A stretch of 39,940 bases of DNA, taken from contig CAZJEV010000001.1 of assembly GCA_964545215.1 (NCBI GenBank), positions 1-39,940 on the forward strand. The letters run 5' to 3'. The notes beneath the pieces are model-generated. The model saw only the letters and a list, made by a program, of their open reading frames with translations, made no database searches and was not told the origin of the DNA. Shown piece by piece: positions 16,960 through 25,795 of the stretch; position 1 is the first letter of the stretch, and each line of letters begins with the position of its first letter. A program made the position numbers and the translations under genes. The stretch is from Candidatus Woesearchaeota archaeon (GTDB taxonomy: Archaea > Nanobdellota > Nanobdellia > Pacearchaeales > GW2011-AR1).

Positions 16960-18342
16960 ATGAGAAAAACCTGGATTTATACAATAATATCTATTTTTTT
17001 ATTAACGACTTTTATTAATCTAACTAATGCAACAGAAGTTGAGTGTCTTGAGCTAATAAAGGGACACAACAGCTTGGCTGAGAAAAGGATAAATATTGTC
17101 CTTGTAGGATTCAATTATTCTTCCCTTGATTCTTTTTTATCGATTGCAAATAAGGTTATTGAAGGAAATCATGGACTCTTTTCTTTTGAACCTTTTAAGT
17201 CCGATAAGTGCAGGTTTAATATCTGGTATGTGAATCAGATTGGCGCTGCAAAGGATATGCAAATGAACAGAAATGGAGTAATTTTAGGCAAGCAAAGTTA
17301 TGAGCTTGCAGATGTCTGCACTAAAAAGTTGGGTTATTTCAGAGAGGAAACTACCCCCGCCAACCTATATTTCAGCGACAGGATGTTTACTTTCTTCATA
17401 ATAAACAAGCCTAGAGGAGGTTCTGCATACAGTACTCTTCAGGCTGGCAATCGTGAGTTCTTAAGAAATGAGCCGTTTAATCAGTATTATTTTGGATTAA
17501 AGGGCGCTCTTGTCCATATTACTGAAGAAGGAAAGCCTTTTATTTCTCCAAGAACAGGAACGAGAATAGATTTTGGAACTGATGGATGGGAATCTCATTT
17601 TTATGAACAAGTTTTGAGCTTTAGTCATGAATTTGGACACGCATTTACTACACCATATGGATATGAAGAATATAACCCTCACAATTACAAGTATTTGATA
17701 GATGAATATACATCAATAAGTCAGTCAAAAATTTTTGAAGGAGATAAAGAGCATTCAAATTGCTTTATTGGGACTATCAACGAATGCATGTCTGAAAAAA
17801 ACAAGGTTTTTGGAGATTTAATTGGTAATGGATGTGGGAAGGATGGAGTAATTGATTGTTGCACTAATAATCCTTTTAAAATAAGCTCTGGCGCCAGAGC
17901 ATGCACATCATGTCCAGAATGCCATGAAGATCCAGATTACGATCTTGAAATATCCTGCTACGAAGGATGCCGTTATAAGACAGGTTCCTTTAGGGGGACA
18001 TTCAACTCCTTAATGAGAAAACATGCTTCTGAACCAAAATCATTTGGATTAGTGAATGAAAGAATTCTTCTTGAGCAGATGAATTTCCTTCTTCCTCTTG
18101 AGGATAAAAGAGAATGCATTTCCAAACTAAGAGTTCCTAAGTTTGAACCTATAACATTACCTAAGTTTGAGCCTGCAACTAATGTAATTCAAAATCCAGA
18201 TCCTGAAAGAAACAATCCAGATCCTGAAAGAAACATTAAAGATAATAATTTACAACACCCTGAAAAAGATTCCGAGACTTCAAGAGAGAGAAATAGAGAT
18301 ATTTTTAAACATTTGCAGGCTAAAAGTAATTATGGCAATTAA
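16960..18342 (+). CDS. Secreted HExxH zinc metallopeptidase, M64 (IgA-peptidase)-like, Cys-rich, with C-terminal tandem repeats
   Basis: Signal peptide MRKTWIYTIISIFLLTTFINLTNA. HEFGHAF (17626-17640) is followed by ..EEY.. and ..IDEY, as in the M64 pattern HEFGHSF..DEY. Many Cys residues lie in 17750-17970. Confidence 0.6.
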   Translation: MRKTWIYTIISIFLLTTFINLTNATEVECLELIKGHNSLAEKRINIVLVGFNYSSLDSFLSIANKVIEGNHGLFSFEPFKSDKCRFNIWYVNQIGAAKDMQMNRNGVILGKQSYELADVCTKKLGYFREETTPANLYFSDRMFTFFIINKPRGGSAYSTLQAGNREFLRNEPFNQYYFGLKGALVHITEEGKPFISPRTGTRIDFGTDGWESHFYEQVLSFSHEFGHAFTTPYGYEEYNPHNYKYLIDEYTSISQSKIFEGDKEHSNCFIGTINECMSEKNKVFGDLIGNGCGKDGVIDCCTNNPFKISSGARACTSCPECHEDPDYDLEISCYEGCRYKTGSFRGTFNSLMRKHASEPKSFGLVNERILLEQMNFLLPLEDKRECISKLRVPKFEPITLPKFEPATNVIQNPDPERNNPDPERNIKDNNLQHPEKDSETSRERNRDIFKHLQAKSNYGN

Positions 18343-19123
18343 ATTTGGCCCTGCTGGGCTTGGGCCTGTAAAGACAGCTGAAGAAACTTTGGAAAAATAT
18401 CATAAGCTCGGCTTAAAAGCATGTGAGATAGCATTTACTTACAGCATTTACATTAAAAATCCGGAGGATGCCAAAAGGATCGGCAAGAAAGCCATGGAGC
18501 TTGGAATTGATTTAACGATTCATGCTCCGTATTGGCTTAATTTAAATTCTCTTGAAAAAGAAAAAAGAGATGCAAGCAAAAAAAGAATTATTGATTGTTG
18601 TGCAGTTGGAGAACTCCTAGGAGTAAAATTAGTTGTTTTTCATCCTGGATATTATACAGATGGAGGAAAAACAGCTGAAAATAAGAAGCAAAGCTATCAG
18701 ATAATTAAACAGGAAATAGAAGAAATAATGAATGAGATAAAAAAGAGAAAATGGAAAATAAAAATTGCTGCTGAAACAATGGGAAGAGTTAATGTTTTCG
18801 GGAGTGTTAAAGAAATCTCAAGACTGCATAAAGAAACTGGATGTGCATTTTGCATTGATTTTGCGCATATCTTGGCAAGAGAAAAAAAAGTTGATTATAA
18901 AAAGATCAAGGAGTTGTTTCCGGAAAAAGAATGGCATGTTCATTTTTCAGGAATTGTTTATGGAGATAAAGGAGAAAAATATCATATTTCTACACCCAAA
19001 GAAGCGTGGAAAGAATTGCTTAAAAATCTACCAAAAGATAAGGAAATAAGAATAATTAACGAAAGCCCGACTCTTGTGCAAGATAGCGTTGAAGGGCTGG
19101 AAATGTGGAAGAAGATGAAATGA
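18332..19123 (+). CDS. AP endonuclease family 2 / endonuclease IV-like TIM-barrel protein
   Basis: IHAPYWLNL, VVFHPGYY, ETMG, CIDFAHIL and HVHFSG match the Nfo metal-ligand blocks. It overlaps the upstream gene by 11 nt. Confidence 0.75.
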   Translation: MAIKFGPAGLGPVKTAEETLEKYHKLGLKACEIAFTYSIYIKNPEDAKRIGKKAMELGIDLTIHAPYWLNLNSLEKEKRDASKKRIIDCCAVGELLGVKLVVFHPGYYTDGGKTAENKKQSYQIIKQEIEEIMNEIKKRKWKIKIAAETMGRVNVFGSVKEISRLHKETGCAFCIDFAHILAREKKVDYKKIKELFPEKEWHVHFSGIVYGDKGEKYHISTPKEAWKELLKNLPKDKEIRIINESPTLVQDSVEGLEMWKKMK

Positions 19124-19126
19124 TTA

Positions 19127-19303
19127 TTAATTATATGCTATTGCAGCAGGAATGTCTTCCCTTTTTACACCATATTCCTGCTCAATTTCTTCATAAGTCA
19201 TGCCGCCTATTAAGCTGCCAAGTATAACTTCTATAGGCACTCTTGTACCTTTAATAACAGGCTTTCCATGCATTATCTTTGAATCAATTACTATTCTTTC
19301 CAT
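19127..19303 (-). CDS. DUF433-type small HTH protein (antitoxin-like)
   Basis: MERIVIDSKIMHGKPVIKGTRVPIEVILGSL..GMTYEEIEQEY has the canonical DUF433 pattern. The track ORF start (19399) is probably too far upstream. Confidence 0.65.
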   Translation of the reverse strand: MERIVIDSKIMHGKPVIKGTRVPIEVILGSLIGGMTYEEIEQEYGVKREDIPAAIAYN

Positions 19304-19328
19304 GTCTGGAAAAAATGCAATTATAAAT

Positions 19329-19661
19329 TCATCTTCGTAATTTATCAATGAATTTATTAACGTTATTATAAGGCTTATTAATTTTGATATTTTTCTCATT
19401 CTTTTTTATTTCTAAATAATTATCTTTCTTCGCTTCACTTTTATTATTTATCTTCAAATTCCTTTGTCTTTCTTTATCTATTAAAATGAGTTTTCTTTGT
19501 GCGCTTTCAGGGGCAATTCTGCACAAATTGAGAACGGAAAGAATTTTCTCCATGATTTCCTCATAGCTTTCCCTTTTATAAGAACGAAGATTTTCTATTC
19601 TTGATTTAGTTGCCTTTGAAATTTTGATTGTTGTTATATCCTTGTTAAATCCGGAGTCCAT
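19329..19661 (-). CDS. RHH/antitoxin-like protein with low-complexity Lys/Asn tail
   Basis: TTIKISKATKSRIENLRSYKRESYEEIMEKIL follows the archaeal antitoxin-like pattern. Confidence 0.5.
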   Translation of the reverse strand: MDSGFNKDITTIKISKATKSRIENLRSYKRESYEEIMEKILSVLNLCRIAPESAQRKLILIDKERQRNLKINNKSEAKKDNYLEIKKNEKNIKINKPYNNVNKFIDKLRR

Positions 19662-19662
19662 T

Positions 19663-19684
19663 AAGGTATACTTAAGTATACCTT
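19663..19684. promoter_or_regulatory. Perfect 22-bp palindrome abutting the start codon (candidate operator)
   Basis: AAGGTATACTTAAGTATACCTT starts 2 nt upstream of the ATG at 19661. Its distal end overlaps the minus-sense ATTAAAAA box (19683-19690). Confidence 0.5.
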
Positions 19685-19736
19685 TTTAATTCTTTCGTAA
19701 CTATAAAATAACTATATTTATGTTATCACCATAAAG

Positions 19737-19744
19737 TTTAAATA
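19737..19744 (+). promoter_or_regulatory. TATA-box-like element upstream of the surface-protein gene
   Basis: TTTAAATA, 49 nt upstream of ATG 19786. Confidence 0.35.
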
Positions 19745-19785
19745 TGGTTAATTATTAAGAATTTTAATTAAATTTATTTAAAACC

Positions 19786-21039
19786 ATGGAATCAAAAAAT
19801 ATTTTGGTTTTACTTGTTGCAGTACTTGCGCTGGTTTTTTTATTGACTGGTGTAAGCGCTACGCATGAGAACATACAAGGACTTGTGCATAATTTTGCAA
19901 AGATTACAAGTGTTGAAGTTAATGGCGTTGAAAGTGCCGGAGCATTGAGCGGCGCCGCTATTAATGTTGGGGCTTTTGCAGGAGAAACTCTTCCTGTAAG
20001 AGTTACATTCCAAGCACTTGATAATGCGAGCGATGTTAGGCTAAAAGTGTGGATTTCTGGCGAAGAAAGCAATGCGGCTTCTTCTAATAGGTTTGATGTA
20101 ATAACAGGAAGTACATATAGTAGACTTGTTGCTGTACCTATACCTTTTGACATTGAGCCTGAAGAAGAAATGAGATTATATATCTCATTGGAAAGCAGAG
20201 ATGGAGGATTGCCTACTGCCGACATTGTAAGAATAAAAGCTCAGAGAGAATCTTATATTGTAGAGATTCTTGATGCAAACATGCCTACTGAAATAAGAGC
20301 TGGAGAAAATCTTGTTGTTGATGTTGTTTTGAAGAACAGAGGCAGACAAGAAGCTGAAGACACTTTTGTAAGAGCTAAAATACCTACATTAGGTGTTGAA
20401 GGAAGAGCTTACTTTGGAGATTTATCGCCTGTAGATCAAGACGACCCAGATAAGGAAGACTCTGCTCAAAGAAGGATTGTTTTAAACATCCCAAGAAGCG
20501 CTAAAGCCGGAGTTTATGTTGTTGAGCTTGAAGCTTATAACAGCGATTCTGCCACTACATTGAGCAAAAAAGTCTCAATAGCTGGCGCATCAGAAGCAGA
20601 CAGCGCTGTCATTTCCAGATCTGCTTCAAAGACATTTGGAGTAGGAGAAAAGGAAACATACAGCCTTACCTTGGTAAATTCTGGAGACAGAGTTAGAATC
20701 TATGAACTGGTTGGGGAGAGTTCTAGCGAGAATCTGGAAGTCAGCGTAGATGATTCAGTCGTAGTAGTTCCAGCAGGAGAAAGCAAGACTGTTGATGTAA
20801 ATGCCAGAGCCTTAAAAGCGGGCAAATATACATTTGCAGTAAATGTAATCTCTAATGGCGACCTTGTCAAGCAAGAAAGCTTTACAGCAAATGTTGATGG
20901 CGGCAAAAGGACAGCAGGAAATACAACTGTATTATTGACAGTTATTCTTGCAATAATTTTTGTTGTGCTTCTCGTAGTGCTTATTGTGTTGCTAACAAGA
21001 AAACCTGAAAAAGAAGAATTCGGAGAAAGCTACTACTAA
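19786..21039 (+). CDS. Cell-surface (S-layer/CARDB-like) protein with signal peptide and C-terminal TM anchor
   Basis: N-terminal signal ILVLLVAVLALVFLLTGVSA, Ig-like repeats (..VVDVVLKNRGRQEAEDTFVRAKIP..), a C-terminal TM (TVLLTVILAIIFVVLLVVLIVLL) and a short charged tail. T-runs follow the stop. Confidence 0.7.
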   Translation: MESKNILVLLVAVLALVFLLTGVSATHENIQGLVHNFAKITSVEVNGVESAGALSGAAINVGAFAGETLPVRVTFQALDNASDVRLKVWISGEESNAASSNRFDVITGSTYSRLVAVPIPFDIEPEEEMRLYISLESRDGGLPTADIVRIKAQRESYIVEILDANMPTEIRAGENLVVDVVLKNRGRQEAEDTFVRAKIPTLGVEGRAYFGDLSPVDQDDPDKEDSAQRRIVLNIPRSAKAGVYVVELEAYNSDSATTLSKKVSIAGASEADSAVISRSASKTFGVGEKETYSLTLVNSGDRVRIYELVGESSSENLEVSVDDSVVVVPAGESKTVDVNARALKAGKYTFAVNVISNGDLVKQESFTANVDGGKRTAGNTTVLLTVILAIIFVVLLVVLIVLLTRKPEKEEFGESYY

Positions 21040-21124
21040 AGTTAATTAATTTTTTTATTTTTTTATTTAACTTTGTAGCTTCCCGATTCATAATTGTTAA
21101 ATGCTAAGGATAATATAGAAGAAT

Positions 21125-21361
21125 ATGGATGAAAAAGAAAGACAAAATGCTTATGATAGAATGATAGCTCAATATGATAATTATGCTTCTATAATTGAAG
21201 CCCACTCTCAAACAAGAGGATTAACTTTAAGTGAACAACAGAGAGGATTATTAAAGATAGTTTTTGATGAGGAATTTAAAGAACCACATGTTAAATTTAT
21301 GCATCAATCTTATGGCAAAAGAAAAGCCACTAGAACATATATAACTTATGAGAGTTTATAG
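21125..21361 (+). CDS. Hypothetical 78-aa protein
   Basis: ORF only. Confidence 0.35.
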   Translation: MDEKERQNAYDRMIAQYDNYASIIEAHSQTRGLTLSEQQRGLLKIVFDEEFKEPHVKFMHQSYGKRKATRTYITYESL

Positions 21362-21497
21362 AAATAGAGAATTTTTTAAGTTTAGAAATGCAGGGAAAAA
21401 CAGCTATCATGTATTAGAAGATTATTTAGTGAAAAAGGGTTTAATAGATAATCCTAAAGAAGGCAAGTTTTAAATATACCTTTTTGCTATAAAAGGG

Positions 21498-21734
21498 ATG
21501 GCAAAAAGAGGCTCAAGAAAATTATTTATTCCGGTAAAGGTTCCGAATTTTTGGTCTAGATTTTTTAGGGTTATAGGTGATATATCCCTAGTTGTAAGCC
21601 TCTTGTTTATCTTTATAGGACTAGGTCAGGTTGGATTTGACCTTTTCAGCTCTGCAGAATTCTGGACTGTAATAAACAGCTTCTGGCTTTTCTCGTTCCT
21701 GCTTTTTTATTTTTCTGAGAGGTTGAAAAAATAA
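21498..21734 (+). CDS. Small membrane protein (2 TM)
   Basis: ORF with TTTAAATA 29 nt upstream and two hydrophobic segments. Confidence 0.45.
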   Translation: MAKRGSRKLFIPVKVPNFWSRFFRVIGDISLVVSLLFIFIGLGQVGFDLFSSAEFWTVINSFWLFSFLLFYFSERLKK

Positions 21735-21827
21735 ACAGATATATAAATTAATATAATAGTTTTCTAAGTTTTTATATAGCTAAAGTTACCGTAGATTACG
21801 AATTAAGGCTATGAAAATATAATAAAT

Positions 21828-21835
21828 ATTAAATA
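21828..21835 (+). promoter_or_regulatory. TATA-like octamer, 29 nt upstream of smc ATG 21857
   Basis: ATTAAATA. Confidence 0.45.
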
Positions 21836-21856
21836 GCCACTATTCTTTTTGAGATA

Positions 21857-24772
21857 ATGGTTTACATTAAAAAGATGGTGATGTCTGGATTCAAAAGCTT
21901 TGCCAGAAGGACAGAAATTCTTTTTGACAGGGAAGTTAATGTTATTTTGGGGCCTAATGGAAGTGGAAAGACTAACCTATCGGATGCCATTTGCTTTGTC
22001 CTTGGCAGATTAAGCATAAAATCAATCAGGGCTGCAAAAGCTAAAAACCTGCTTTTCATGGGAAGCAAATACATAAAACCGGTAAAAGAAGCTGTTGTTG
22101 AGTTAGTTTTTGACAATACTGACAGAACCTTTGCAGTAGACAAAGATGAAGTTCATCTAATACGCATAGCAAGAAATAATGGGCAGGGAGTTTATAAAAT
22201 TAATGGCGAGTTAAAAACAAGAACAGAAGTTATTGAAATGCTTGCGCAAGCAGGAATTGATCCATATGGCTTTAATATAATACAGCAGGGGCAAATTCAA
22301 TCAATTGTGATAATGCATTCAGAAGACAGAAGAAAAATAATAGAAGAAGTTGCTGGGATAAGCATTTATGAATCAAGAAAAGAAAAAAGCCTTCATGAAT
22401 TAGAAAAGACAGATGAAAGGCTGAAAGAAATATCCGCAATCTTAAGAGAGAGGAGTAGTTATTTGAGAAATCTGGAAAAAGAAAGAAGCCAGGCCCTGCG
22501 ATTTAAAGAGCTTGAATTAACAGGAAAGAGGTGCAGGGCATCTATTTTGAATAAGAAAATTGAGGAAAAAAAGAAAGAGCTTGCTTCTATAATTAAATCT
22601 ATTCAGGAAAAAAGCGATGAAAAAGACAAGCTGAAAAATGAAGCTGAAAAATTGCAGAATGAAATAGAAAAATTAAATGCTGGAATTTTGGAAATTAATA
22701 AGAAAATTCAGCAGGCTTCTGGATTTGAGCAGGAAAATCTGCGCAATCAGATTGCAAATTTAAAAGCTGAATTGGAAGGATTAAAAGTAAGAAGAGAGAA
22801 TTATGAAAACAGGAGAAGTGAAGTTGAATTAAGAATTAGAGAGATGGAAAGGAGCATTCCTGAACTGGAAAATGAGATAAAGGAATTGAAAAAAGAAAGT
22901 CCTTTAATGGCGAAAAAAGCGCAGGAATTGCGCAAGAAAAAGCAGGAATTTGAGGAAATAGGGGAGCAGAGAAATAATCTCATGTCAGTTAAAAGCGGGC
23001 TGCTTTCCTTAAAAGCTTTGATTCAGGACAGGGAAAAACAGCTTTCTAAAACAAAAGCTAATTCAGATAGGATATTAAAAGATATTGAAAGCTACTCTGC
23101 AAATCTGGAATGTAAAAATGAAGAAGAAGGTAATAATAAAATAAAGAAATTAAAGAGTGAGGTAATTGAGAAAGAAAAATTATTAGGAGAGCTAAGAAAC
23201 AAGGAATTAAAAAATGAAAAAAATATTGGAATTTCTGAAGCTGAGATTGAAAAAGCCAAGTCAATTGAATCAAGGGTAAGGGAGATTGATATATGCCCTT
23301 TATGCCAAAGCAAAATTACACAAGAACATATTAAGCATGTTTTGGATGATGCAGATAAAAAGATTGAGAAAGCGCAGGAAATTTTTAATAAAGCAAGAGA
23401 AGAAATATTAAAGATAAAAGAGCAGGAAAAGAAAATACATGATGAAATTGTTTCAATAAAAAATATTATTTCTATAACTGAAAATGAGATGATAAAGCAC
23501 ACGGCAATTGAAGAAAAAAAGAAGCAATTAAAAACAGAGGTTGAAAATGAGCATGAGCTTGAAAATGAAATAAAGAAAATAAAAGAAAAGCGGAGAGCTT
23601 TTGAAATTAAAGTTCAGGGATTGCCAGGAATAGAGGAAAAATATGACGCAAAAATGCTTGAAATTGAGGAAATTTCATCAAGAACAGAGGAAGATGCTGA
23701 CACAACTATTCTTTACAAGGAAAGAGAGCTGGAAAACATAAGAAATGTAATAAAAAGAGGAAATAAGGATTTGCAGGACATAAATAATGAGATTAAGAAT
23801 CTTTTAATTAATATTGAGAGCAGAGCAAGAGCGTTGGCAGAGAGGGAAAAGCAGGAGCAGGAGTTAAATAGCAGGTTTAAAAAAATGTTTGAAACCAGGG
23901 ATTCTTTTCAGAGAGAAATCCAGGAAAAAAGCCTTGAATTGTCTGAAGTGCAGGGAGAGATAAGACAGTATGATGAGCAGGTTAATTATCTGAAAATTGG
24001 AAAAGCAAAGCTTGATGCGGAAAAAGAAGTTCTTGATATGGAAATGCAGGAATTTTCTGGATTGGAATTAATATCTGGAAGCTTAGACGCTTTGGAAGAA
24101 AGGCTAAGAAAAACGCAGGAAGCATTAATTCAAATAGGAAGCATTAATATGAGGGCTTTGGAAGTTTATGAGCAGGTTAAAAAAGAGTATGATATTGTGC
24201 AGGAAAAGGTAAATATTCTTGAAAGGGAAAAAGCAGAGATCCTGAAAATTATTGAGGAAATTGACAAGAAAAAAACAAGGACTTTTATGAAAACATTTAA
24301 GGCAATTAATGAGCTTTTTTCTCAGAACTTTTTAAAGCTTTCTGCAAAAGGCACTGCATTTTTAGAATTAGAAAATGAAGAGGATATTTTTGCGGGAGGA
24401 GTTAATATAGTTGTTAAATTGGCCAAGGGGAAATATTTTGATGTCACATCCTTATCAGGTGGAGAGCAGACTTTAGTTGCTTTGTCATTGCTTTTTGCAA
24501 TTCAGGAGCATAAACCGTATCACTTTTATATTTTTGATGAAATTGATGCTGCGCTTGACAAGAGAAATTCAGAGAGATTGGCTGCTTTGTTACATAAATA
24601 TATGAAATACGGGCAGTATATTATAATTACGCACAATGACGCTATAATAATGGAGTCTAATATTCTTTATGGAGTAAGCATGCATGATGGCGTTTCTAAG
24701 ATTTTGAGCCTGAAGGTCGGAGATGAAGAAAAGAAAGAAGAAGGTATCACTACTGAAAACAAGGCTGCATAA
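21857..24772 (+). CDS. smc: SMC-family ATPase with central CxxC (Rad50-like zinc hook) instead of a hinge
   Basis: SMC head motifs are present: GFKSFA, GPNGSGKTN, QQGQI, EEVAGISIYESRK, LSGGEQTLVALSLLFAIQ, FYIFDEIDAALD. The middle is continuous coiled-coil-like sequence with CPLC at aa 480-483 of 971 (23294-23305). Confidence 0.9.
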   Translation: MVYIKKMVMSGFKSFARRTEILFDREVNVILGPNGSGKTNLSDAICFVLGRLSIKSIRAAKAKNLLFMGSKYIKPVKEAVVELVFDNTDRTFAVDKDEVHLIRIARNNGQGVYKINGELKTRTEVIEMLAQAGIDPYGFNIIQQGQIQSIVIMHSEDRRKIIEEVAGISIYESRKEKSLHELEKTDERLKEISAILRERSSYLRNLEKERSQALRFKELELTGKRCRASILNKKIEEKKKELASIIKSIQEKSDEKDKLKNEAEKLQNEIEKLNAGILEINKKIQQASGFEQENLRNQIANLKAELEGLKVRRENYENRRSEVELRIREMERSIPELENEIKELKKESPLMAKKAQELRKKKQEFEEIGEQRNNLMSVKSGLLSLKALIQDREKQLSKTKANSDRILKDIESYSANLECKNEEEGNNKIKKLKSEVIEKEKLLGELRNKELKNEKNIGISEAEIEKAKSIESRVREIDICPLCQSKITQEHIKHVLDDADKKIEKAQEIFNKAREEILKIKEQEKKIHDEIVSIKNIISITENEMIKHTAIEEKKKQLKTEVENEHELENEIKKIKEKRRAFEIKVQGLPGIEEKYDAKMLEIEEISSRTEEDADTTILYKERELENIRNVIKRGNKDLQDINNEIKNLLINIESRARALAEREKQEQELNSRFKKMFETRDSFQREIQEKSLELSEVQGEIRQYDEQVNYLKIGKAKLDAEKEVLDMEMQEFSGLELISGSLDALEERLRKTQEALIQIGSINMRALEVYEQVKKEYDIVQEKVNILEREKAEILKIIEEIDKKKTRTFMKTFKAINELFSQNFLKLSAKGTAFLELENEEDIFAGGVNIVVKLAKGKYFDVTSLSGGEQTLVALSLLFAIQEHKPYHFYIFDEIDAALDKRNSERLAALLHKYMKYGQYIIITHNDAIIMESNILYGVSMHDGVSKILSLKVGDEEKKEEGITTENKAA
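24702..24727 (+). repeat. 26-bp direct repeat, copy 1 (inside smc 3' end)
   Basis: TTTTGAGCCTGAAGGTCGGAGATGAA, identical to 25796-25821. Confidence 0.95.
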
Positions 24773-24783
24773 ATTTATTTATC

Positions 24784-25203
24784 CTATTCAGAAGCAATTT
24801 TCTTTAATTTCTCATAAATTTCATCTAGAAACTTTTTTACCTTTTCAGCATATTCCAAGCTTACTTCTTTTCCATAGTACTTTGTTCCATGCCTAATCTC
24901 CCTTAATTTATCAACAAAAATAACTTCGTCTTTAGAAAATTCAAGATTTGATAAATAAGAAACGACTGCCTCATGATTATAACTTTTATATCCTTCTTTG
25001 CTAAGCTTGGCTTCTAAAAGCTCTCTTATAATATCGTAAGATTCTTCAATTATTTGAATTGCTGTTTCCTCATTCATTGGCAGGTATTTTTCCATAATTG
25101 CTTTTCTTTTTCCCGCCCCTTCAATCAAGCTTTTCGCTCTCGCCTCATCTTTTTTCTTTTTCTTTACTAAGCCTTGCTCCAGAAATTCTTCAAAAGTCCT
25201 CAT
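24784..25203 (-). CDS. HEPN-domain protein (toxin of HEPN/MNT pair)
   Basis: 139 aa, helical, with C-terminal ..KLREIRHGTKYYG..SLEYAEKVKKFLDEI.. in the HEPN pattern. ATGA overlap with the upstream MNT gene. Confidence 0.7.
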   Translation of the reverse strand: MRTFEEFLEQGLVKKKKKDEARAKSLIEGAGKRKAIMEKYLPMNEETAIQIIEESYDIIRELLEAKLSKEGYKSYNHEAVVSYLSNLEFSKDEVIFVDKLREIRHGTKYYGKEVSLEYAEKVKKFLDEIYEKLKKIASE

Positions 25204-25739
25204 AATTTTATAGTTCCTTCCAGCACTATGCCATTAACAATATTTTCCTTTAAATTCTTATGCACTGATTTTATATCCTTAAAAAAATGCAGCTGAACCT
25301 CTCTCTTTAATTTATCGCTGTATCTTGCCAATTCATCAAGATGTTTTTCTGAATATCCTATAATTGCTATGTCTATATCGGATTCTTCTGTGTCCTCCCC
25401 ATAAGAATAGCTTCCAAAAATAATTATAGTTGAACCAGGAAATTTATCAGATAAATAATATACGAGTCCGCTTTGATAAAGTGACTTAAGATTATTAATT
25501 CTTTTTAATATGAATGTTTCTTTATTATCCCTATTAAGCCTTATGGATAGAGTAAAATCCTTGCTTATTTTTACTAAATTCTGGCTTTCAAGGCTTCTGG
25601 CAGATTTTATAACTCCGGAAACAGGCCTTTTTATCTTTACCGCTAAGGCTCTGCCTCTAAAAGAAGCTGTTGGATATTTGAATAAAAAATCCAGTATTTC
25701 TTTTTCTGTCTTTGTAAATTTTTTTGTATGTTTGTTCAT
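25200..25739 (-). CDS. Minimal nucleotidyltransferase (MNT) with N-terminal wHTH
   Basis: GSTIIIFGSYSYGEDTEESDIDIAII has the GS-x-G..DxD NTase motif. Start 25739 (MNKH..) is favoured over 25751 because the TATA-like box at 25761-25770 lies 31 nt upstream of it. Confidence 0.8.
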   Translation of the reverse strand: MNKHTKKFTKTEKEILDFLFKYPTASFRGRALAVKIKRPVSGVIKSARSLESQNLVKISKDFTLSIRLNRDNKETFILKRINNLKSLYQSGLVYYLSDKFPGSTIIIFGSYSYGEDTEESDIDIAIIGYSEKHLDELARYSDKLKREVQLHFFKDIKSVHKNLKENIVNGIVLEGTIKL

Positions 25740-25742
25740 ATT

Positions 25743-25760
25743 AATGAACATCTGTTCATT
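25743..25760. promoter_or_regulatory. 18-bp palindrome between TATA-like box and MNT start (candidate operator)
   Basis: AATGAACA-TC-TGTTCATT. Confidence 0.4.
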
Positions 25761-25795
25761 TATTTATAAATGTTTCTATGAAGGATTTTTTGAGT

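Noticed and set aside
18765-19049. A 94-aa alternative-frame ORF inside the Nfo-like gene.
   Set aside because: It lies on the same strand in an overlapping frame within a gene that has a clear motif series. Its product is a basic, low-complexity string.
19764-20225. A long antisense ORF inside the surface-protein gene. Similar shadow ORFs lie inside fusA (3166-3456, 3930-4136), tuf (8944-9132, 9260-9463), dnaG (12975-13358), smc (21862-22143, 22801-23502) and the 748-aa gene (27810-28169).
   Set aside because: Each lies fully within, and antisense to, a much longer ORF with clear family motifs or normal composition. Their products are low-complexity Ser/Leu/Phe-rich strings typical of reverse-frame translation.
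19786-21039. Visibly higher GC content of the surface-protein gene, considered as a sign of horizontal transfer.
   Set aside because: The protein is rich in Ala, Gly, Val and Ser, which forces GC-richer codons. The flanking promoter and terminator signals are native-looking. Composition alone is not evidence of transfer.
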